DNA of 10,691 nt from Rubritalea profundi (GTDB lineage: Bacteria; Verrucomicrobiota; Verrucomicrobiia; Verrucomicrobiales; Akkermansiaceae): NCBI RefSeq assembly GCF_002954445.1, contig NZ_MQWA01000001.1, positions 2,680,459 to 2,691,149 on the forward strand, read 5' to 3'. Positions 1-6,023 of this stretch are shown piece after piece. The notes under the pieces were generated by a model, which was given only the letters and a program-made list of their open reading frames with translations, was not told the DNA's origin and made no database searches. The position numbers were made by a program, and so were the translations under genes. How positions within the stretch are numbered: the stretch's first letter is position 1; every line of letters begins with the position of its first letter.

Positions 1-986
1 GATGATGAGTCTCCTACATGCCATGGGATGATGGCGCTGGTGGGGAACTCTCGCTGAGTGTGGTCAGCAAAGGTCTGGATATTTGACCAGAGTTTTGCTC
101 TGAGCTCAGTTCCTTCCTCTGAGCGAATAATCATTAGCCCAGCGAGTGCAGCAGCAGATTGTGCTGGTGGTGGAGCTGTAGAGTAGATGAAGGATCGGGA
201 GCGGTTGACTAACAGCTCAATGTAATCACGGCGAGCCGCAATGTAGCCACCAGCAACGCCCGCGGATTTGCCGAGAGTACCCAACTGTAGGTCAATTTCA
301 GAGCTACAGCTAAGGTGTTCGGAGAGACCCATACCGCTGGGGCCATAGACACCTAATCCGTGGGCTTCGTCGACGAGTAAGAGGACTCCATATTTTTTCT
401 TAAGCTCGATAATTTCTAGCAAGGGTGCGATGTCGCCATCCATGCTGAAAACTGACTCAGTGACGATGACTACTCTGGAATCAGTACCAGCCTTCGCTGT
501 GGTTGAGACAAGTAGCTTTTCGAGCTTCACTAGATCGTTGTGAGGAAATACCCGGATGGTCGCCCCTGAGAGCCGAGCTCCATCGATCAATGAGGCGTGG
601 CTGAGCTTGTCCAAGATCACCGTGTCGCCTTTCCGTAAAAGTCCAGAAAGGGTGCCTACGGATGCGGCATAGCCATTTGCAAATACGATGGCAGCTTCCG
701 TGGCTTTGGCTTCGGCTAGATAGCTTTCTAACTGCCCATGTGGCTTGAGCGACCCGCAGATGAGGCGGGAGGAACCTGAGCCGGCTCCCCAGTTTTCAAC
801 AGCATCGATATAAGCTGACTTCACAGCGGGATGGTTGGCAAGCCCGAGGTAGTCGTTTGACGCGAAATTGAGTAATTTGTTGCCACCGATATGGGCATGA
901 GTGAGTTGCTGTGAGTTCACAGGACGCAGGGTCCGTCTAAGTGACGCAGCTTCAAGCTCAGCCAGTTCCTTTTCGGCACTACGCAT
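1..986 (-). CDS. bioF: 8-amino-7-oxononanoate synthase (PLP-dependent alpha-oxoamine synthase family); 3' end lies outside the window
   Basis: Absent from the ORF track because it runs off the edge. My minus-strand translation from ATG 986..984 reads MRSAEKELAELEAASLRRTLRPV..NKLLNFASNDYLGLANHP..WGAGSGSSRLICG..ANGYAASVG..LSHASLIDGA..VTESVFSMDGD..LLVDEAHGLGVYG..GTLGKSAGVAGGY (PLP-lysine motif)..IYSTAPPPAQSAAALAGLMIIRSEEG..SAIIPWHVGDSS. This is collinear with E. coli BioF as I recall it (NFSSNDYLGL, FSMDGD, DDAHG, IYSTSMPPAQ, IVGDNS). The start lies 4 nt after the upstream stop codon. Confidence 0.85.
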   Translation of the reverse strand, partial: MRSAEKELAELEAASLRRTLRPVNSQQLTHAHIGGNKLLNFASNDYLGLANHPAVKSAYIDAVENWGAGSGSSRLICGSLKPHGQLESYLAEAKATEAAIVFANGYAASVGTLSGLLRKGDTVILDKLSHASLIDGARLSGATIRVFPHNDLVKLEKLLVSTTAKAGTDSRVVIVTESVFSMDGDIAPLLEIIELKKKYGVLLLVDEAHGLGVYGPSGMGLSEHLSCSSEIDLQLGTLGKSAGVAGGYIAARRDYIELLVNRSRSFIYSTAPPPAQSAAALAGLMIIRSEEGTELRAKLWSNIQTFADHTQREFPTSAIIPWHVGDSS

Positions 987-990
987 GGCT

Positions 991-1803
991 TTAGTTTTCG
1001 AGCGCCCAGCGCAGGAGCTTCTCAGAGTCCTTCCAAATTGTCTGGGTGGTGGCACCGAGGCACACAACAATAGCTGTGCGACCTTTGTAAGTGCCTGAGC
1101 AAACGAGGCAGCGGCCAGAGGCGTTGGTAGTTCCAGTCTTCATACCATTACAATAGGGAACTGAGGTGAGTAGGCGGTTGGTGTTTTTGAGATGTTTTTT
1201 TGACCCATTAGCGTATTGGAAATAATATCCTTTGATTTTCATCATCTCACGAATTTGTGGACGGCTGTACGCATTGCGCGCCATGATCGCGACGTCGTAG
1301 GCTGTGGAATATTGGCCCTTCTCAGTGAGTCCGTTCGGGTTGACGAAGTTGGAATTATTCATCCCCATTTGCTTCGCCTTTTTGTTCATGTATTTGGCGA
1401 AATTCACCTGGCTTCCAGACACATCACGGGCCAATGCGCGAGCGATGTCGTTGCCAGATTTCACGACCAAGGCTTTGAGCAAATCCTGGCGCGTGTAGGT
1501 GTCGCCGGGCTTGATGTAGAGCTTAGTCGGTTCACAATAGGTGTCGGTCTTCTGAACCACCACTTTATTGCGGAGTGAACCTGCATCGAGCACACAGAGT
1601 GCGGTCAAAAGCTTTTGCGTAGAAGCCACCGCACACTTGTCGTGGGCATTTTTCTGGTATAAAATGCGGCCAGTGTTGTTGTCGATCACGATAGCACGCT
1701 TGGCGCCGATCGATGGAGCTGCTGCCTGAACAACTCCCGAGGTCAGTAGGGTGAGGAATGCGAGTGCCTGAAGAGCACGGATAGAAAAGAGACGCCAAAT
1801 CAT
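991..1803 (-). CDS. Secreted serine-type D-alanyl-D-alanine carboxypeptidase (peptidase S11, low-molecular-weight PBP), short form
   Basis: 270-aa ORF with ATG start. N-terminal signal peptide (MIWRLFSIRALQALAFLTLLTSGVVQA). All three penicillin-binding active-site motifs occur in the right order: SxxK (ASTQKLLT), SxN (KSGNDIA) and KTG (GMKTGTT). It is too short to carry the PBP5-type C-terminal beta-sandwich domain. Confidence 0.85.
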   Translation of the reverse strand: MIWRLFSIRALQALAFLTLLTSGVVQAAAPSIGAKRAIVIDNNTGRILYQKNAHDKCAVASTQKLLTALCVLDAGSLRNKVVVQKTDTYCEPTKLYIKPGDTYTRQDLLKALVVKSGNDIARALARDVSGSQVNFAKYMNKKAKQMGMNNSNFVNPNGLTEKGQYSTAYDVAIMARNAYSRPQIREMMKIKGYYFQYANGSKKHLKNTNRLLTSVPYCNGMKTGTTNASGRCLVCSGTYKGRTAIVVCLGATTQTIWKDSEKLLRWALEN

Positions 1804-1919
1804 GGATTTAGTGTCAACGTGGGATGACTAACATACAAGTGCTCAATTCACTATCTCGTACAATGATCCGAATTACGCGGAGACTAGGTGACTAGTGGCA
1901 AGCTGCCTCAAAGGTACTT

Positions 1920-2867
1920 TTAGATATTCTCACCAGATGAACTGAATTCCCCTTCGAGCTCAATACCTACACCTTCATCAAGAATGATGATACGGTCTTC
2001 TAGACCTAGTCTTTTAGCTTCAGCTAGGAGGCGCTCTTCAGGCTCGTGGTCTGGTTCATTTCCTAATGGGAAGGTACGGTAGTGCATCGGGATCATGAAT
2101 TCGGCTCCTAGCTCTTGGAACGCTTTGACAGCCTCTTCAGGGTTCATGTGGACATCTCTGCCACTAGGGGCATTGTAGGCGCCGATGGGCATGATTGCTA
2201 TGTCGATATGCTGGCGTTTGCCGATCTCCTCAAAGCCTTCAAAGTAAGCCGAATCACCGCAGTGGAAGACAGTAAGGTTGCCAGATTTGACGATGTAGCC
2301 ACCGTAGTCGCGGTGCGTGTCGTGTAAATAGCGAGCCCCCCAATGGTGACAAGGCGTGTGGGTGATCGTGAGGTCTGAAAAAGTAAGTTCGTCCCAAAGT
2401 GCCATTTCATAGACCGAGTGGAATCCTAGTTTCTTCACCAAAGAACCACTGCCCTTAGGAACCACAATGCCTTCACGGGAGTCGACAATTTTGAGCGACT
2501 TTTTGTGCAAATGGTCAAAGTGGGCATGACTGACTAGCACGAGGTCAATATGTGGGAGAAACTTGATCCCGAGCCCGGGGTTGCGCTGACGCTTTACGAA
2601 GCCGTGCCAGTGCGCCCAGTTCGGGTCGATGAGCACGGAATGGTCGGCGAACTGCAGCAGGAAGGAGGCGTGGCCAATCCAAGTGATACGTGCAACTCCT
2701 GAAGGTGGAGGGTCAAGAACCGCTTCGCTGGTCGTGCCAAGTCGGCGTTTGAAGACTTGAGTGAATACTCGCTTGCCGAAGAAGTGAATGTTGCGTTTGA
2801 CCCAGCCTTTTTTAGGCATAAGTCCGGCGTAGTCTTTACGCATTTGGGCTATCTTTTTCTTGGGCAT
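1920..2867 (-). CDS. MBL-fold metallo-hydrolase (Lactamase_B_2 / COG2220, NAPE-PLD-like subgroup)
   Basis: 315-aa ORF with ATG start. Contains ITWIGHASFLLQ..VLIDPNW followed by the HxHxDH zinc motif (LVSHAHFDHL), then downstream ligand candidates (TPCHHWG, FHCGDSAY, MIPMHY). The basic N-terminal extension (MPKKKIAQMRKDY..KKGW) is typical of membrane-associated members. Confidence 0.85.
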   Translation of the reverse strand: MPKKKIAQMRKDYAGLMPKKGWVKRNIHFFGKRVFTQVFKRRLGTTSEAVLDPPPSGVARITWIGHASFLLQFADHSVLIDPNWAHWHGFVKRQRNPGLGIKFLPHIDLVLVSHAHFDHLHKKSLKIVDSREGIVVPKGSGSLVKKLGFHSVYEMALWDELTFSDLTITHTPCHHWGARYLHDTHRDYGGYIVKSGNLTVFHCGDSAYFEGFEEIGKRQHIDIAIMPIGAYNAPSGRDVHMNPEEAVKAFQELGAEFMIPMHYRTFPLGNEPDHEPEERLLAEAKRLGLEDRIIILDEGVGIELEGEFSSSGENI

Positions 2868-3017
2868 CTAGAGAATTGGTGAAAATAAGCGAGCGATTCG
2901 AGCAGCTATGCGAAAGCCGAAGGATCGCTCCTCTAGCGCATTGTGCGCTATAAATCGGGCAGATGCGAAATCTTTTTCTAACATAGCAGGCATCTCGCCT
3001 TCACGTAACCCTCGAAC
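2868..3017 (-). pseudogene. Relic of the C-terminal tail of cardiolipin synthase, in frame with the upstream 82-aa ORF but separated from it by TAA
   Basis: My translation of the 49 stop-free codons after the TAA at 3020..3018 is VRGLREGEMPAMLEKDFASARFIAHNALEERSFGFRIAARIARLFSPIL, then TAG at 2870..2868. The end (RIAARIARLFSPIL*) resembles the extreme C-terminus of E. coli ClsA as I recall it (..WQRVAERLFYFFSPLL*). The preceding DF.S.R segment resembles ClsA DDYISRSRLL. No HKD catalytic motifs are present anywhere in the locus. Confidence 0.45.
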
Positions 3018-3266
3018 TTAGTTCTTCCAGTCACCCAGTAAAAAGGGAATGGCTATCCACGGCATCACCAAAAAAGCTAGCATCCACGCAATGGCTCCCT
3101 GCGATGACCTCACATAAATCAACACATGCAGGCAGTGCAATAGGCCGAGCAAGTGTACTATGATGGTCACTCCCAATCCTATATTCATTGACCAATTTCC
3201 CAGACTCATAGTTGCGAGGGCACCTCTAATTTTACTTGGTGTTAAGGTAAAAGTAGATGAGCTCAA
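3018..3266 (-). CDS. Small two-TM membrane protein equivalent to the N-terminal (PLDc_N-like) segment of cardiolipin synthase. It is either a stand-alone PLDc_N protein or the 5' fragment of a decayed cls gene.
   Basis: The 82-aa ORF in the track starts at TTG 3266. The first ATG is at 3209, giving 63 aa (MSLGNWSMNIGLGVTIIVHLLGLLHCLHVLIYVRSSQGAIAWMLAFLVMPWIAIPFLLGDWKN). The HVLIYVRSSQGAIAWMLAFLVMPWIAIPFLLG segment parallels E. coli ClsA [34 protein letters not shown], at nearly the same distance from the ATG. Confidence 0.55.
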   Translation of the reverse strand: MSSSTFTLTPSKIRGALATMSLGNWSMNIGLGVTIIVHLLGLLHCLHVLIYVRSSQGAIAWMLAFLVMPWIAIPFLLGDWKN

Positions 3267-3323
3267 CGAGGTGAGTCGCTGAGGTCTTATTGTGGATCTG
3301 GCATTATCTTAAGGATGCTCTGC

Positions 3324-4265
3324 CTACGCCTTGGCTGGTTGGAGCTTTGGCTTCGGTGGGCGTCCCTGTTTGGTGGCTAATAATCCTCCAGCGACAGAGA
3401 GTAAAACGCCTAACAATTGTAAACCTTCAGGCATTTTACCCACGTAGATCGTGGCGATTAGGATAGTAGCTACTGGGCCGATCGATGAGATTATGGCGTA
3501 GGACGATGTGTTGATTCTTGATAATGCATAGGACAGCATGAGTAATGGAATGACTGTACCAAAAATGCCGATGGCAGCTCCGTAGCCAATGACTATGTTA
3601 GAGCTGAATAAGCTGCGGAAATTTCCGTCGTTGACGCTGAAGTAGCTTAATATCGTAATGGCACAAAACACCATAGTGATACCAGTGTATAGCGGTACTC
3701 CGATACGTTGAATCACGGGTTTAGCCACTAAAATGTACCCAGCGTAGATGATTGCGCTGAGTAAGACTAAGCTTGAGCCTAATAATATCAAACTAGCATC
3801 ACCAGCGAAGCTGATTTCCTCGCGGATAATCAATGTGAGGCCAACCCAAGATAATCCGCAGGCGGCATACATTTTTCCAGATGGTCGAGCTCCTTGGAAA
3901 AGGATAGATCCAGCCAAAACGATGCTAGGATAGCTGAATAAGATCACCCGTTCTAAGCCAACGCTTACATACTGCAAGCCTGTCATATTTAGCAACGAGC
4001 AAAGGAAATATCCAGCGAACGACAGGAGGGCCATCAATCCCCAATCCTTTCGGCTAATCTTAGAAATATTCTTCCAGCGCAGAGCCAGCATAATCATAAA
4101 CACTGGCGTAGCTGTGAGCATACGGAGAGCCATCACGCCACTAGGAGTAAGTCCCTCAGCGAACATGAGCTTTACAACGATTCCTTTGGCGCAGAACAAA
4201 AAGGAGCCTAAGATCACCATGGATGGTATGGTGATCGATGATATTGGTATGGTTGGTCCAGACAT
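3324..4265 (-). CDS. EamA/DMT-superfamily permease (about 10 TM helices, drug/metabolite transporter)
   Basis: Long hydrophobic ORF with two EamA-like halves, for example GVMALRMLTATPVFMIML and YAIISSIGPVATILIATIYVGKMPEGLQLLGVLLSVAGGLL. The track ORF (3324..4337) begins at GTG. The first in-frame ATG is 4265 (MSGPTIPISSITIPSMVILGSFLF..), about 15 aa before TM1. The 24 extra codons upstream are polar and contain a terminator hairpin, so I prefer 4265. An alternative start is ATG 4220 (MVILGSF). Confidence 0.8.
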   Translation of the reverse strand: MSGPTIPISSITIPSMVILGSFLFCAKGIVVKLMFAEGLTPSGVMALRMLTATPVFMIMLALRWKNISKISRKDWGLMALLSFAGYFLCSLLNMTGLQYVSVGLERVILFSYPSIVLAGSILFQGARPSGKMYAACGLSWVGLTLIIREEISFAGDASLILLGSSLVLLSAIIYAGYILVAKPVIQRIGVPLYTGITMVFCAITILSYFSVNDGNFRSLFSSNIVIGYGAAIGIFGTVIPLLMLSYALSRINTSSYAIISSIGPVATILIATIYVGKMPEGLQLLGVLLSVAGGLLATKQGRPPKPKLQPAKA

Positions 4266-4271
4266 AGGTAC

Positions 4272-4305
4272 AAAAAAAGACCCGCATCGAGGATCGAAGC
4301 GGGTC
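4272..4305 (-). terminator. Rho-independent terminator-like hairpin plus U7 tract, read on the minus strand
   Basis: The minus-strand RNA reads GACCCGC-U-UCGA-UCC-UCGA-U-GCGGGUC followed by UUUUUUU. That is a 7-bp GC-rich stem, a 1x1 U.U mismatch, a further 4 bp and a 3-nt loop, then seven U. The U tract ends 6 nt before ATG 4265. There is no T tract after the hairpin on the plus strand. Confidence 0.6.
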
Positions 4306-4458
4306 GGTTGACGTTGGTTATGAGCTTTCTTATTCACTCATTAAGCACACACATCCTCCTCCCGCGCCGGAACGAGCCAGCGGAGTACAAGAATCATGAG
4401 TGCTTTAGATGCGTTATGCATCTCTTGCTGAATAGAGTAAATTCTATGACCCTGTCAA
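4306..4458 (-). promoter_or_regulatory. Candidate structured 5' leader (riboswitch/attenuator-like) or small RNA upstream of the DMT permease
   Basis: Minus-strand elements are as follows. TTGACA at 4458..4453, with a weak -10 candidate TATTCA 18 nt downstream. Hairpin AGAUGC-AUAAC-GCAUCU (4423..4407). A 7-bp helix CACUCAU (4402..4396) / AUGAGUG (4341..4335) enclosing a 54-nt GC-rich segment. The AUGAG arm can alternatively pair with CUCAU (4324..4320). GCGGG at 4365..4361 duplicates the 3' arm of the terminator and could compete for its 5' arm. Confidence 0.35.
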
Positions 4459-4465
4459 GGCCAGT

Positions 4466-4738
4466 GTGCTGGGGAATGCTTGGTCGCTTTATCTAACAGA
4501 GGGTGCTCCACCCAAATCTAAGCTTCTTATTGAGATTTACAAACTCAAGCCGCGTCCGGTCAAATCTATCAGCTGGAATGATGAGATTGATGGACGCGAG
4601 ATCGGGGTGCAATACATATATTGCTGCGGCAGTACCATCAACTTTGAGCCAACTAAGTTACTCGACTCACGAGGAGTGTATCTGGTGCGTGTCGTCGGCG
4701 GCGGGGTAAAGGAGCAGTATGTGACTGAACTTTATTAG
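4466..4738 (+). CDS. Hypothetical small protein (90 aa from GTG), no family recognised; may be a gene fragment
   Basis: The ORF has no ATG at all and no SD. The translation looks protein-like and beta-rich (KLLIEIYKLKPRPVKSISWNDEIDGREIGVQYIYCCGSTINFEPTKLLDSRGVYLVRVVGGGVKEQYVTELY). The overlapping +2-frame ORF (4503..4709) looks like off-frame noise. Confidence 0.35.
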   Translation: MLGNAWSLYLTEGAPPKSKLLIEIYKLKPRPVKSISWNDEIDGREIGVQYIYCCGSTINFEPTKLLDSRGVYLVRVVGGGVKEQYVTELY

Positions 4739-5028
4739 TCGTCTTTAGCTTCTTCGATACCAATCGCATGGCTCACTACGGTATTGGCGAGAACTACAGG
4801 TGTATGGTTTATTGCGATGGTGCAAAAACCATAGCCCGATCCAGCTAGCTTGTTCTCTCGTAGAATTTTCCCCGCGAGAGCTTCGAGATAAAACACATGG
4901 CAGCCAGTGTGGGCAATGACTTGGTTCGAATCGAGAATGCGTGTGATGAGCTTCGAGGGTTTCAGCTTTGTGCGCCAAATTTCTTCTACCGTTCGACTGT
5001 TTAGACAAATAGCATGATTTCCGACACC
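4735..5028 (-). pseudogene. Protein-like ORF of 97 open codons without a canonical in-frame start near its 5' end; possible frameshifted or truncated gene
   Basis: My translation of the minus frame ending in TAA 4737..4735 is GVGNHAICLNSRTVEEIWRTKLKPSKLITRILDSNQVIAHTGCHVFYLEALAGKILRENKLAGSGYGFCTIAINHTPVVLANTVVSHAIGIEEAKDD. Its composition is much more protein-like than the 87-aa track ORF in another frame (4745..5008). The only canonical in-frame start is GTG 4896, giving 53 aa. ATG 5015..5013 is out of frame and reaches this frame only after one extra T in the TTT run (plus-strand AAA 5007..5009). Confidence 0.35.
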
Positions 5029-5216
5029 CTAGCAGACTCGTTTTAGCAGGGGTTAAATCTGTTGAGCCTGAACGGGAATTGTTTAGATCAAAAGCGTGTA
5101 TGCGTAAATGCTCGAGAAAATCCTTCCTCTCACGCAGGTCGCTGTTTAGCTTCGCTCGTATACAGCGCGTTAGGTGAAGCTAGCGCGCCTCATTTTATAT
5201 AGGTTTTCCAGAAAAG

Positions 5217-5987
5217 ATGACAAGCATCGTAGTATCTAGCCAAAAAGGTGGTGTCGGCAAAACGACAGTATCTATCAATCTCGCATTTGCCTTCGCTAGA
5301 GCGGGGTGGAATGTCTTGCTCGTGGATACTGACCCTCAGGGGTCGGTTGGTCTCTCTCTCACCCGGCAGTCTAGAAAGCTGCTCGGATTCTTTGATTACT
5401 TAGGTGATCAAAAGCAGACCTTTGATGGCCTTGTTGTGCCGACACGAATGAAGACTCTTTCTATGATTCCTGCTGGACAGGGGGAGGGGTACGAACTTGG
5501 TGGTGGCTATAGTGAAAGTGTGGTGGAGAGAGTGAAGGATTTTCTAGGTGAGGCTGAATCGAGAGGCTATGATATCTGTATTCTGGACAGCGCGGCAGGT
5601 TTATTTGGAATCACACGCGATGTGTTAGTAGCTGCAGATGCAGTGTTAGTCCCACAGCAGGCTGAGCCGTTGGGTATCAGATCGGTGCCTAAGATGCTCA
5701 AAGGCCTCACCGAATTGCGTGCGAAAAACACTAAACTATCTATCCTTGGGGTCCTTCTGACAATGGTTCAGCGCGACGTGCAGGAAAGCGCTGAGGCTGC
5801 TGACGGATTACGTGAGTTGCTCCCAGCGCAACTGGTGATGAAAGAAGAGGTGCCTCGAGATGGACTTTTCCTCAAAGCGAGTGGTAAAGGTGTTCCCGTG
5901 GGCGTGCTGCAAGGCTCAGCCAAACTACTTAGCGCCTTCGATGAACTGAGATTGGAGATCGAATCAAAGCTTGGTCTCAGCCTGTAA
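5217..5987 (+). CDS. ParA/MinD-family P-loop ATPase (Soj-like, type Ib, no N-terminal HTH)
   Basis: 256-aa ORF with ATG start. Deviant Walker A with the signature lysine at residues 10-17 (SSQKGGVGKTT), Walker A' (LLVDTDPQGS) and Walker B (DICILDSAAG). A Soj-like C-terminal half (ILGVLLTMVQRD..VPRDGLFLKASGKGVPVGV). Confidence 0.9.
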   Translation: MTSIVVSSQKGGVGKTTVSINLAFAFARAGWNVLLVDTDPQGSVGLSLTRQSRKLLGFFDYLGDQKQTFDGLVVPTRMKTLSMIPAGQGEGYELGGGYSESVVERVKDFLGEAESRGYDICILDSAAGLFGITRDVLVAADAVLVPQQAEPLGIRSVPKMLKGLTELRAKNTKLSILGVLLTMVQRDVQESAEAADGLRELLPAQLVMKEEVPRDGLFLKASGKGVPVGVLQGSAKLLSAFDELRLEIESKLGLSL

Positions 5988-6023
5988 TGCGAGTAGTCTG
6001 AACTGTTAAATAAATTTACTAAT

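Noticed and set aside
1882-1897. Tandem GACTAGGT/GACTAGTG repeat upstream of the DD-carboxypeptidase gene.
   Set aside because: There are only two imperfect 8-mers with no further copies seen in the window, which is within chance expectation for an intergenic region.
901-2410. Plus- and minus-strand track ORFs overlapping bioF, the DD-carboxypeptidase and the MBL hydrolase (901..1098, 1216..1578, 1304..1498, 1565..1798, 2115..2327, 2198..2410).
   Set aside because: All are antisense to, or out of frame with, genes that have clear catalytic motifs, and their translations are low-complexity or biased. They are shadow ORFs.
2934-2950. Perfect palindrome TAGCGCA-ttg-TGCGCTA upstream of the MBL hydrolase, possibly an operator or hairpin.
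   Set aside because: It is only 7 bp, with no T tract and no partner copy. It lies within the Cls-tail coding relic (IAHNAL), so it is plausibly accidental. Noted in case a promoter for the hydrolase maps here.
4265-4337. N-terminal 24-codon extension of the DMT permease (MNKKAHNQRQPTRFDPRCGSFFVP).
   Set aside because: It starts at GTG rather than ATG, is polar with no transporter-like features, and is occupied by a terminator hairpin plus U7. I treat it as leader RNA, but it remains possible that it is translated.
4923-4932. GGTTCGAATC, a tRNA T-loop-like string.
   Set aside because: The flanking bases (cttgg / cgaga) cannot form the 5-bp T-stem. No acceptor or anticodon arms are evident on either strand. 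The string falls inside a protein-like reading frame (LDSNQ).
4745-5008. 87-aa minus-strand ORF from the track (TTG start).
   Set aside because: The translation is dominated by R, S, H, C and W (..HHTHSRFEPSHCPHWLPCVLSRSSRG..), which is typical of an off-frame read. A different minus frame over the same DNA is far more protein-like (see feature 4735..5028).
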